NCBI GenBank assembly: GCA_030527905.1
Contig: JAUMZX010000001.1
Coordinates: forward strand, 1 to 39,792
Source: Cardiobacteriaceae bacterium
GTDB lineage: Bacteria; Pseudomonadota; Gammaproteobacteria; Cardiobacteriales; Cardiobacteriaceae
Direction of reading: 5' to 3'
Length of the DNA stretch: 39,792 nucleotides
Made by a program: the position numbers and the translations under genes
Notes under the pieces: model-generated
Told to the model about the DNA's origin: nothing
The model's input: the letters and a program-made list of their open reading frames with translations, nothing else
Databases searched by the model: none
Shown here: in pieces, positions 1 to 8,500 of the stretch
How the letters are laid out: every line of letters begins with the position of its first letter
How positions within the stretch are numbered: position 1 is the stretch's first letter

Positions 1-55
1 CTCAAAGGCCGTAGAATCGCTCAAAAAAGAGAAGACGACCATTGAGTCATCTTTG
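1..55. repeat. Terminal 55-nt direct repeat (circular assembly overlap), left copy
   Basis: Bases 1-55 are identical to 39738-39792 and a reading frame runs through the junction; 55 is a common assembler k-mer. Confidence 0.97.
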
Positions 56-532
56 CGCGAGACAAGGCAGAATGCCGAGAACCTCACAAAGGAAAACCAA
101 AGTTTAAAAGTCAGCTTGCAGAATAAGCAAGAGGCAAAAGCCGCCGAGGAGAAGAAGGCCCAAGAGGTTAAAGCTCAGCAGGTAGCTCAAGCTAAAGAAG
201 CTGCAAAGACCACACCACAGCCAGTAGCTGTCGTACAAGCGGCCGCTCCAGCTGGGTGCCAAGCCATTAGTTCGATCCTGCTTGCTAATGGTATATCACA
301 GGCCGATCTACCTTTTGCGCTACAGATTGCACAGAAGGAGTCAAGCTGCAACCCTAACGCAGTAAACCCTAATGGTGGGGCATGTGCCTACTTCCAGGAG
401 TTGCCTTGCGGTAAGTGGGGCGGTACAGGTAACATCGCTGGCCACGTCCGGGGTGCAGACGCCTATGCCAAGGGTCGCTACGGTGGTTGGGCACAAGCCT
501 GGGCCGCGTGGCAGGCTAAACGCTGGTGGTGA
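53..532 (+). CDS. C-terminal part of a membrane-anchored lytic transglycosylase (SLT/Rpf/Apf-like); gene spans the circular junction
   Basis: Coiled coil, Ala/Pro linker, then ESSCNPNAVN (catalytic Glu motif), GAC.YFQELPC.K and GRYGGW..AW..WQAKRWW, typical of lysozyme-like transglycosylase domains. Frame continues from 39571. Confidence 0.85.
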   Translation: MRETRQNAENLTKENQSLKVSLQNKQEAKAAEEKKAQEVKAQQVAQAKEAAKTTPQPVAVVQAAAPAGCQAISSILLANGISQADLPFALQIAQKESSCNPNAVNPNGGACAYFQELPCGKWGGTGNIAGHVRGADAYAKGRYGGWAQAWAAWQAKRWW

Positions 533-815
533 GTCTGCGACTCGCGCTCGGATAGCAATCCGAGGTAAGAACCGCAGGTGCTAGCCAGTGAGCTAGTTAA
601 ATGTCAAGAAAGATGCAGCCTACCGAGGCTTTGGCTCATAACCTTGTGTCTCGGCTTATTAATACCCTAGGGAGGCACGCATTTGTGCCAACGTTATCTC
701 CGCGGTTAAGGTGAGTGAATGGCCCTCTACAATGAGAAGAAGGGTCTGCCGTCTACGGCTCCGGCGAATAGAGCCGTTCAAGTCCAGATGCTAGCCTAAA
801 GCTGGCGGGGATATA
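533..815 (+). ncRNA. Putative structured RNA (~280 nt), family unknown
   Basis: Intergenic. Helices CTGCG/CGCAG (535-539/573-577), CTCGGAT/ATCCGAG (547-553/558-564), CCGAGGC/GTCTCGG (623-629/648-654), TATCTCCGC/GCGGGGATA (695-703/805-813), plus four further hairpins. Confidence 0.65.
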
Positions 816-831
816 AAGGAAGGAGAAGAGG

Positions 832-948
832 GTGAATATACCCATAATGGAGTATGAGCCCGCTGACAAGGCGGAGATTTGGCTAGTTAATAGCCGACTA
901 TCAAGTATAGAGTTGGAGGAGCTTTGTGCAGAATTTGACGAAGATTAG
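832..948 (+). CDS. Small acidic hypothetical protein (38 aa)
   Basis: GTG start after AGGAGAAGAG; MNIPIMEYEPADKAEIWLVNSRLSSIELEELCAEFDED; overlaps the next gene start. Confidence 0.55.
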   Translation: MNIPIMEYEPADKAEIWLVNSRLSSIELEELCAEFDED

Positions 949-1702
949 CCAGCAAGAGTTTGGTCCACTACCCAAGATCCTTATTTACGATCTGGAAGTA
1001 AGCGCGACCCTTGGCTGGACGTATGGCTTGTGGAAAACTAACGTGCTAAAGGTTGAGCGAGACCCCGAGATTATGTGTTTCTCATATCAATGGTTTGGCG
1101 AGAAGGACATTCACCATGTAAGCCAGAGAGATATGGGCGAGAAGAAGGTAGTTAAAAAGCTTTGGGAGTTGTTTGATGAAGCAGACATTCTCGTAGCCCA
1201 TAACGGCCGGAGGTTTGACCAAAAGGTAAGCAATGCGATGTTTATCCGTCATCACCTTACGCCGCCTAGCCCATATAAGACAGTAGACACCTTACAAGTT
1301 GCGCGGTCAGTTGCACGCTTTAATAGTAATAGCCTCAATAGTCTCGGTGAACTACTATTAGGGGAGGGTAAGACTGAGTCCACTTACGCAGATGTTTGGT
1401 ATAACTGCCTTATCAAGAACGACAAGGAGGCGTGGGCGACCATGGAGAAGTATAACAATAAAGACGTTGAAGTGCTTGCCGGCTTGTATGCTGAGCTGCG
1501 CCCATGGATCCATAACCACCCCAATATTGGCGACCATACAGGTATTGATGGTATCTGCCCTAAATGTGGCAGTGACAATATTCGTAAAGATGGCAGCTAC
1601 CGTAAGCGCTCAGGCCGTGTACAACGTTACAAGTGCCTACATTGCGGCGGCTGGTCGAGTGAGGCTAGTGTAAAGAAGGAGGGTAGATTGGTTAATGTAT
1701 AG
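926..1702 (+). CDS. DEDD/RNase H-like 3'-5' exonuclease with C-terminal zinc ribbon
   Basis: YDLE (ExoI), HNGRRFD (ExoII), YNNKDV (ExoIII), CPKC...CLHC; RBS GGAGGA. Confidence 0.88.
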   Translation: MQNLTKISQQEFGPLPKILIYDLEVSATLGWTYGLWKTNVLKVERDPEIMCFSYQWFGEKDIHHVSQRDMGEKKVVKKLWELFDEADILVAHNGRRFDQKVSNAMFIRHHLTPPSPYKTVDTLQVARSVARFNSNSLNSLGELLLGEGKTESTYADVWYNCLIKNDKEAWATMEKYNNKDVEVLAGLYAELRPWIHNHPNIGDHTGIDGICPKCGSDNIRKDGSYRKRSGRVQRYKCLHCGGWSSEASVKKEGRLVNV

Positions 1703-1937
1703 CAATAAAACTCCTTTAAGCCGAGATGTTGAGTGTTATGTTTGCGGCGAGATGGAGCTAACGGATCGGGATTTCTTGCCGCCTAACTGGATTATAAGCT
1801 GGGACTATGCCTGGACTATCTGCCCTACTTGTCTTACTAAGATAGAGAAGCAGTTGGGCTATGAGCTAGACTACTTTATGAAGGGCGCAGAGCCTGACCC
1901 AATGGAGCAATTTAAACAGGAGGACTTCTTCTTATGA
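1695..1937 (+). CDS. Hypothetical protein, probable Zn finger
   Basis: CYVC and CPTC motifs; overlaps neighbours in operon fashion. Confidence 0.7.
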   Translation: MYSNKTPLSRDVECYVCGEMELTDRDFLPPNWIISWDYAWTICPTCLTKIEKQLGYELDYFMKGAEPDPMEQFKQEDFFL

Positions 1938-2098
1938 TACGAACATTAATTGAATATGTACGTGTTATTCTCGCATTTCCCGTTGCAGTATTGGCGTTTC
2001 TTGCCTACGGGGTGATGATTACGCTAGCAGTTGTCACTGTCCTTATTGGCGGCGAACCATATGAGCAAGGAGTAGCAGACGTAAAGGAGACACTATGA
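1934..2098 (+). CDS. Small membrane protein (54 aa)
   Basis: ATGA coupling at both ends; MIRTLIEYVRVILAFPVAVLAFLAYGVMITLAVVTVLIGG... is hydrophobic. Below the ORF track cut-off. Confidence 0.7.
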   Translation: MIRTLIEYVRVILAFPVAVLAFLAYGVMITLAVVTVLIGGEPYEQGVADVKETL

Positions 2099-2376
2099 CA
2101 AATATTGACGATGTAACAGCTGAGCGAGGTAAACGTTACGGAGACTACCCGGGCCACGCCGAGGTTAGTCAAGGTATCAAGGCAATCCTATATGGCGCAT
2201 TGCAGCGCAATGGTAATGTCGATGTTAGTAAGCTTGACGATGATATTAAGGAGACACTAGAGATGATTGCCCATAAACTTGGCCGTATCGTTAACGGTGA
2301 CCCTTATTACGCAGACAGCTATATCGATATTGCAGGATATGCTAAACTAGTAGGAGATCGATTGAATGACCTATAA
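2095..2376 (+). CDS. DUF6378-like phage protein
   Basis: ERGKRYGD...MIAHKLGRIVNGDP.YADSYIDIAGYAKL pattern; RBS AAGGAG. Confidence 0.8.
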   Translation: MTNIDDVTAERGKRYGDYPGHAEVSQGIKAILYGALQRNGNVDVSKLDDDIKETLEMIAHKLGRIVNGDPYYADSYIDIAGYAKLVGDRLNDL

Positions 2377-2542
2377 ACAAGAACTAACCAAGCGCCTAGA
2401 GGAGGCTACAACCATCGAGGAGAAACTCAAGATTATTGAGGAGGCGCAGCAACACTTTGAGACTAATAATAAACAGCGGCGTATAGTGAACGGCGAGATT
2501 GTAGACCCCGCCGAGAAATTTCAATGTTTTGGATGTAGCTAG
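2366..2542 (+). CDS. Small helical protein (58 aa) ending in DPAEKFQCFGCS (terminal CxxC)
   Basis: RBS AGGAG; fills the gap between two genes; manual translation MTYKQELTKRLEEATTIEEKLKIIEEAQQHFETNNKQRRIVNGEIVDPAEKFQCFGCS. Confidence 0.75.
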   Translation: MTYKQELTKRLEEATTIEEKLKIIEEAQQHFETNNKQRRIVNGEIVDPAEKFQCFGCS

Positions 2543-2543
2543 T

Positions 2544-2858
2544 ATGGAAACAGTATTAATCGATTATCGAACAACAACCAACCCAGCCGTTGAGCATATC
2601 GCGGCGATATTGATGGCTCACGACTACCAGGTGTCGGTTTACAACGTAGATGACGACCCAGACGGTAGTGTTATCAAAGACCTAGATGAGCGGAGATTCC
2701 CTTACGATGAAGTACGCCAGCACTACGGCGAGGATCCCATCGGCTACTGGGCAAGGGAAATACCTAAAGAGACTGACCTCAAGTATGCTATCGTGGATAA
2801 CTTTAACGACGCGACAAAGTTTAAGTGCCCAACATTAGTGGTAGGTTTCAATGACTGA
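2544..2858 (+). CDS. Hypothetical protein (possible degenerate HAD-like fold)
   Basis: ORF track, ATG at 2544 chosen; VLID start and AIVDN end only weakly recall HAD motifs. Confidence 0.6.
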   Translation: METVLIDYRTTTNPAVEHIAAILMAHDYQVSVYNVDDDPDGSVIKDLDERRFPYDEVRQHYGEDPIGYWAREIPKETDLKYAIVDNFNDATKFKCPTLVVGFND

Positions 2859-2893
2859 ATATATAAGTAACGAACGCATCGAGGAGATTGCAG

Positions 2894-3163
2894 ATGAATA
2901 TTTTGAAAAACGTAGTCGACAAGGCGCTGAAGAACAGGATTAAAAACCTTGAAATCGACAACGCCAAGTTGGTTGAGCAGCTCAAATGGTGCAAAGCCCG
3001 GGTTGAAGTACTCGAGGAGTCAAACGCCGACTCGGTTGAGCTTGCCCGCCAACATGTGCTACTCTCTAATAAAGAGCAACTACTCATTGCAGAGCGTAAG
3101 GCATTGGATGAGTACCAGAAGCACCTGCTTGACCTCGCCATCTTTAAAAGAGATGCTCAATAA
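2894..3163 (+). CDS. Hypothetical coiled-coil protein
   Basis: RBS GAGGAG before ATG 2894; ends right before the terminator. Confidence 0.7.
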   Translation: MNILKNVVDKALKNRIKNLEIDNAKLVEQLKWCKARVEVLEESNADSVELARQHVLLSNKEQLLIAERKALDEYQKHLLDLAIFKRDAQ

Positions 3164-3164
3164 G

Positions 3165-3192
3165 AAAAGCCCCCAATAACTGGGGGCTTTTT
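3165..3192. terminator. Bidirectional intrinsic terminator between the two converging arms
   Basis: AAAAGCCCCCA-ATAAC-TGGGGGCTTTTT, with A and T tracts on either side, between convergent stop codons. Confidence 0.92.
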
Positions 3193-3414
3193 CTATTTGT
3201 TGCTAGCCTTAGCTGCGACAGTGACAATACCTGCCGATTGCAGACCAAGTGCGATACCGCTATAGATATCAAGACCTTGAAAGCCGAGATACCCAGCAGC
3301 TGCGCCGGTGGCGACTGCGAGGATGAGCTTACCAAGCCCACCCCATTCTTTCTTATTAAGCATATCAAATGCCTTAACAATTGCAGGGATAATAAATAGG
3401 TTCAATGCTTCCAT
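3193..3414 (-). CDS. Holin
   Basis: 73 aa, 2-3 hydrophobic segments, basic C-terminus, directly after the endolysin. Confidence 0.75.
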   Translation of the reverse strand: MEALNLFIIPAIVKAFDMLNKKEWGGLGKLILAVATGAAAGYLGFQGLDIYSGIALGLQSAGIVTVAAKASNK

Positions 3415-3416
3415 GA

Positions 3417-4502
3417 TTAGTCCTTCTTTAAAATACCTTTAAAGGCCTCTAGTAGGCTCTGTAAGAGGTTTCTAATATCTTTTAGTATAGTTGTACTATC
3501 TTCGTCTTTAGCGCTCTCTACTGGGCTATCAGAGGGCTCTACGCGCGTTTCTGGCTCAACCTCTGGCTCTGGTGTAGGCTCAGGCGCGGCGGCGCGATCT
3601 TCGATGTGGTGAATTTCAGGAGTCGGCGTCTCTTTAATCCGTTGCAACTCTTTATACTCATCACTCTGTCGTAGGTCATCTGCTACCATCTGCCAGTTCC
3701 AGCCATTGCGGATTTGGTTTCGGTAATGTTCAATGCCGCCTTCATCTGCATCGCGCTCGAGGGTCTCTTTGTAGAGACGTTTAATCTCATTAGTCTCACT
3801 ATCAAAAGCTGCTTGTAGCTCACGGGCCTTAGCTTTAGCCTCTTCTACACGTCGGGCTTGTACTTGCTGCCCTTCAGTTGAGGAGAGGAGATCTTGCTTA
3901 ATTTGTTCCCAGTTCCACCCTGCATCAATCTGCTTGAGGTAGTGAGCAATAGCGCCCTCGTCAACGTTGCGGTCAAGGATTTGGCGATACAAACCATTGA
4001 GGAAGTTGATCTCATCACTACGGTCACGCTGAGCTACGATATTCTCAACGTAAGTACGGACACGATAGATGTTATACCCACCTACTCGCCAACCTGCGTT
4101 TAATGGATCGACGTCAGCGGCGTATACAATACCTGCACCGAAGTTAGCAGCGCGCTGTCCACTTGGCGCTACGTTTTCTTCAAAGACAGTACCGTCACCC
4201 ATGTAAACCCCGATATGGCCATAACCGCCACCGTCATAGGGCCAGACAAGGATATCGCCCCGCTTAAGGTCGCCTACTCGGTCAGCAATGCCTTGCGCTA
4301 CAAGTGCTTCGCCAAAGTCTTTTGCATGTCCACGAGCGGCAAACGGAGACGGCACTTTTTCGCACATCTCAGCGAGGAACCACTTAATGAGGCTCACGCA
4401 TTGCCCGGTTAAATAGCCTTGGCTATTGTCTGATTCTCCAGCTGGGAAGAAGATCCCAATGCGCTGGCTTGCCCAATCTTGAGCGTTAGCTGCTAATGCC
4501 AT
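3417..4502 (-). CDS. Endolysin: CHAP-type amidase plus two DUF4214-like repeats
   Basis: GQCVSL (Cys), GDILVW, GYGHIGVY (His); two LY..(I/T)L.R..DEG.I.HY..QI..GWNW repeats; Pro/Glu linker. Confidence 0.87.
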   Translation of the reverse strand: MALAANAQDWASQRIGIFFPAGESDNSQGYLTGQCVSLIKWFLAEMCEKVPSPFAARGHAKDFGEALVAQGIADRVGDLKRGDILVWPYDGGGYGHIGVYMGDGTVFEENVAPSGQRAANFGAGIVYAADVDPLNAGWRVGGYNIYRVRTYVENIVAQRDRSDEINFLNGLYRQILDRNVDEGAIAHYLKQIDAGWNWEQIKQDLLSSTEGQQVQARRVEEAKAKARELQAAFDSETNEIKRLYKETLERDADEGGIEHYRNQIRNGWNWQMVADDLRQSDEYKELQRIKETPTPEIHHIEDRAAAPEPTPEPEVEPETRVEPSDSPVESAKDEDSTTILKDIRNLLQSLLEAFKGILKKD

Positions 4503-4510
4503 TCATTCTC

Positions 4511-5230
4511 CTAAATGTTTATACAACTAGAGTCACCAGCTATCTTGTACATGCGCCTATAGGCCGAGTCTTGCTCGGTCTCATATTTCCAGGCCACCCA
4601 AGATGTTTGATTACCTGAGTCGTCTTTTATGTCTACACAGTTAAGTACAGGGCTTTTACCATCCGCGCCGTTTTGGCCGTTTACTCCATTAGTACCGTTC
4701 GCGCCATCAACCCCAGCTGCGCCAGTATCACCCTTGCACTTACCGCTCGCACAATATTTAGCAACAGCTAAAGCGACTTGATCATCGCTCGCGCTCTTAC
4801 CATCTGTGCCTTTACATTTACTACCATCACAATAACTAGCCACTGCTGTCATTACTTGGGCGCTAGTGGGGAATTCGGAGCATTTATTAGTTGAGCAGTA
4901 AGCTTTAACCGCTACTTGTATCTCGCTATTTGAGGGGGTTCTCCCATCCTTACCATTAGAGCCTAGCACTTGGCCAACATTACGTGACTCGCCGCTTGAG
5001 TAATAGACGACGAGGTCACCGTTTTTGTCGACCTGGGCATTAGTAATACTAGTTACTGGTTTTTCTACCTTAGTTCCGCCCGAGATAGTTACCGATTGGC
5101 CCGGCTCGAGGGTGAGGCTTTTAAACAGTGTATAGCCGCTAAAAACCAAGCTGAGTACCATCATTAAAGACAATATCTTTAACAGTTTATCTCGTTGGAG
5201 CCAGCGTATTGTCGTTTTAATAGTAGTCAT
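4511..5230 (-). CDS. Membrane-anchored collagen-like protein with Cys repeats (lysis cassette)
   Basis: Start at 5230 (ATGA overlap with upstream gene); N-terminal TM; three AV..YC....C repeats; Gly-X-Y run. Confidence 0.8.
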   Translation of the reverse strand: MTTIKTTIRWLQRDKLLKILSLMMVLSLVFSGYTLFKSLTLEPGQSVTISGGTKVEKPVTSITNAQVDKNGDLVVYYSSGESRNVGQVLGSNGKDGRTPSNSEIQVAVKAYCSTNKCSEFPTSAQVMTAVASYCDGSKCKGTDGKSASDDQVALAVAKYCASGKCKGDTGAAGVDGANGTNGVNGQNGADGKSPVLNCVDIKDDSGNQTSWVAWKYETEQDSAYRRMYKIAGDSSCINI

Positions 5231-5511
5231 CTCAGCAACCCCCCACTGCCTCGGCTGAGTAGGGCGATGAGTATCGGTATAAACGATGTAATCACTGCAC
5301 CTACTACGAGCCTGAATAGCCAACGGTTTCTATCTCTTGCCTCGGCTGCGTCGTCTTCCAGGTCTTTTACTCGGGCCTCAATGTCTTTTTTGTATAGGTC
5401 GAGCGCGTAGACCGGGACATATGTCGCAGCTTTGCGGGTTTCATGGAGGTCTATAGCCTGCTGAATGGCTTCTTTGACCTCCCAACGGTTCATTGTTTCA
5501 TTCTCTGCCAC
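5227..5511 (-). CDS. Small membrane protein (coiled coil plus C-terminal TM), lysis-associated
   Basis: WLFRLVVGAVITSFIPILIALL hydrophobic helix; position at head of the lysis cassette. Confidence 0.7.
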   Translation of the reverse strand: MAENETMNRWEVKEAIQQAIDLHETRKAATYVPVYALDLYKKDIEARVKDLEDDAAEARDRNRWLFRLVVGAVITSFIPILIALLSRGSGGLLR

Positions 5512-5515
5512 AATT

Positions 5516-8500
5516 CTACCATCCAGATTTTTGCTTATGTTTTTGTTTAGAGGACTTGACGACTCGGTTCAACTGTATTTCGCGCTGGGCTGCAGCCTTT
5601 CGTTGTTCGCTCGTCAACTCAAAGCCGTCGTAAGCCCCCTTCACCTTGCTATTATACTCATTGATAATGGACTGGGCTCTATTGCGATTACCCTCTTGCA
5701 ATGCTTGTTTCGCGTTGTCGTAAGCCTCTTTACGGTTAGGTATCTTATTGGTGCGCTGGAAGTACTCGGTAGCCTGCTCGCGGGCCTTTGATGAGTCTAA
5801 GCTCTCAATCTTTTGTTGCTGAGATTCCTTAACTGCACTGAAGCTACCCTCTTTAAGCCATTTCTGGCCATTCTCAGTAGTGTACTTACCGAGGATTGCC
5901 GCCTTAAGAGCATTGCCTCGGTCTTGGTTTTGAACAAAGCGAGTATTGCCTTTGTCGTTCTTCACAACACCTTCCTCTATTGATTTAAGGCCTTCAGTTG
6001 TGCGCTTAGCTTGCGTACCGGCCGGTACTATAAGTTGCCAGTTCTTGTCCCAAAACTCTTTAATGCCTTCGCCTTTATCTTTCTTAGCTAGTGCGCCGAG
6101 AAGTCCTGGATTTTTGTTGCCATCGCCGAATAAGAGGGTCATTGCAGGTGAGCGACGGAATTTGTTCTTCTGGTCACGCTCGTAGCTCTTCTCATCCTTG
6201 CCTTCGATGTTTGTCCAGGCCTGGATTTGGTCGTAGAATGGGATATGGTCAGTTTCCTTCATACCAATGAATTGGCCGAGGGTTGCCTGCACACCCCATG
6301 CGGTAGCGCCCATTGCAACAAGCTTGCCCATATCATTAGCGGCTAGTCGGTAGTTGCCGTTCTTTACGTCCTTAATAGGTTTGAGACCCATACGAATAAG
6401 GAAGCCGGCTTGTTTACCATCAAATGTCGCTAACTGGGTAAGAGTACGCATACCAGGCCCGTTAAAGGCTGCAGGTGCATCTACCTTACTAGTAATGAAC
6501 TGAGTATCAACTGTCGCTTTAGTACCGTACTCCATCGCTTTCTTTTGCACGAAGTCTTGGGCGGCTTGACCAGTTAGGCCAGCTTCATTAGCCCATCGCT
6601 CCCACTTAGCGCCGTTGAGTTTGAGCCCTTTAGCTTTAGCGCCGGCGTAGGCTTGAGCGCGCATGATGTTGTCCATTGTAGACACCATCGACATTAAGCC
6701 ATCAGACGCTTTGTCGAACGCTTTGCCGGCCTTACTTTGGGTTAAACCATTAAGGTCTTTAAGGCCTGTACCCTCATCAAGGACGCCGGAGAGTTTAAGC
6801 TCTTTGCGGCCCTCTTTACTTGCAAGCATCCGTGCACCATTCACTATACCGACACCTGCCCACTTAGGGTTAAGGTTACCAACTGTAGCGATCTCCTGGG
6901 TAATCTGGCGTAGTGCAGTAAGTGGAGACAAACCAAGCGTAGCCATTGCATTTACCGCCCGGATAGCACCGGTTGATTTCTTAAACGCGTTATGGCCGAA
7001 CTGAGAGTCGAAAGCCTTCTCAATATTGCTTTGATTCTTGCCCTTAATCTGGTTAATGTAGTTATCTAGAAATCCGGCGTAGGCTTCAAAGTTCTTATGC
7101 TCTGCTGACGCCAACTTAAGCTGGGTGCTCACACTCTCAATCTTACGGAGTGACGGCTCGATATACTTGGCGCGGTTGATACCGTCAAAGTAAGTGCCAA
7201 GCACCTTCCAGACGTCGCGGCTGTATTCCTCGTCGCCTTTCTTACGTGACTTAAGCGAACCGATGCCAAGCTCACCCTTAGCCAGCTGCGATTCATCAAA
7301 CAGGTTAGCTAGGCCCTGAGGGTCATGCTCTCTCATATGAGGGAAGTAAAACTCCTTAATAGTGCCAAAGCCATTCTCTTCTAGCCAGGGCTTGACCTCA
7401 TCAAGCATTTGACGCACTTCTTTAGCGGCTGTCTCATGCCCGGGGATATTGAAGTCTTTGCGCCTACCCTCCCAGTAATCGATAAGGTTGTCTAGCACCT
7501 CACGATTATGGGCATCTTTACCAAGCATCTTCTGTACATCGCCAAGCCGTTTTGCTACCTCTTCATTGGCTACAGCTGCCTTACCTGTACCGTTCACCAC
7601 CTCGCTAAATAGCCCGGCGCGTTCAGTGTTGAGTCCACCTTTATCAAATATCACACTAGGTGAAGTTATACGAGCTAGAGCCATCTGAGTATCAGAAATC
7701 TTGCTAATACTCTCCTTGGCATGTTCAAGATCCTTGATGTTTAGCTGGTTAGCCAACTCTTTACGAAGAGTCTCGCCGTTGCGTTCAAGGGCAATCTTTA
7801 GCTCCTCTGGGTTCTGAGTCTTTGAGACCTCCTGTAATGCATATGTAGTCTTGCCGTCATATTTCTTAGCCTCAGCAAGGTTCTGCTCAGCCAGTTGGCG
7901 ATGTTCTGCAAGTTTAGCTTCATCTACTTGACGGAATGTCTTTGGGTCGCTATGGATCAGCTCGTTAGTATCTGCTACGATCTCTTGAGCGCGCTCATCC
8001 ACCCGTTGCTTCATCGCATTAAGTTCTTGCACCTGAGGAAGGTCACGTGCGCGAGTCTCCTCTAGCTCTTGCAAGTCCCTAGTATACTGCTCATCTAAGC
8101 GTTGGCGCTCAATCTCTTGACGTGGGCCAGGCATATCATTAACGGCTGCGAGTCGCTCTTTATAGGCTGCATCCATTTGAGCATGTGCCTGATTATAAGT
8201 GTTGTCGTTCATCAAGTTTTCAAGCTTAGCATCGATCTCACGTCCCATGTCAGCTGCTTGCACAGCTGCGTTGCGCACCTCTTTGGGCATCTGTTCGTCA
8301 CCAAGGATCTGGCCGATAGACTCAACGTCATGGCGTGCTTTATAGAAAGCATCATGTAGAATATCAGTAGCGCCCTCGTCTAGCCTCTTGAGGTATTCTT
8401 CTGCGCCTTTACTATCGTTAGGCAGACCGTTATTCTCGAAGCCCTTACGAGCTTGGGCTAGCTTCTCATCAACTTGCTTACGAAATTCAGAGTCTGCCTC

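Noticed and set aside
1560-1660. IS1 InsA-like transposase fragment
   Set aside because: The zinc ribbon is the fused C-terminal domain of the exonuclease; no transposase or IS ends.
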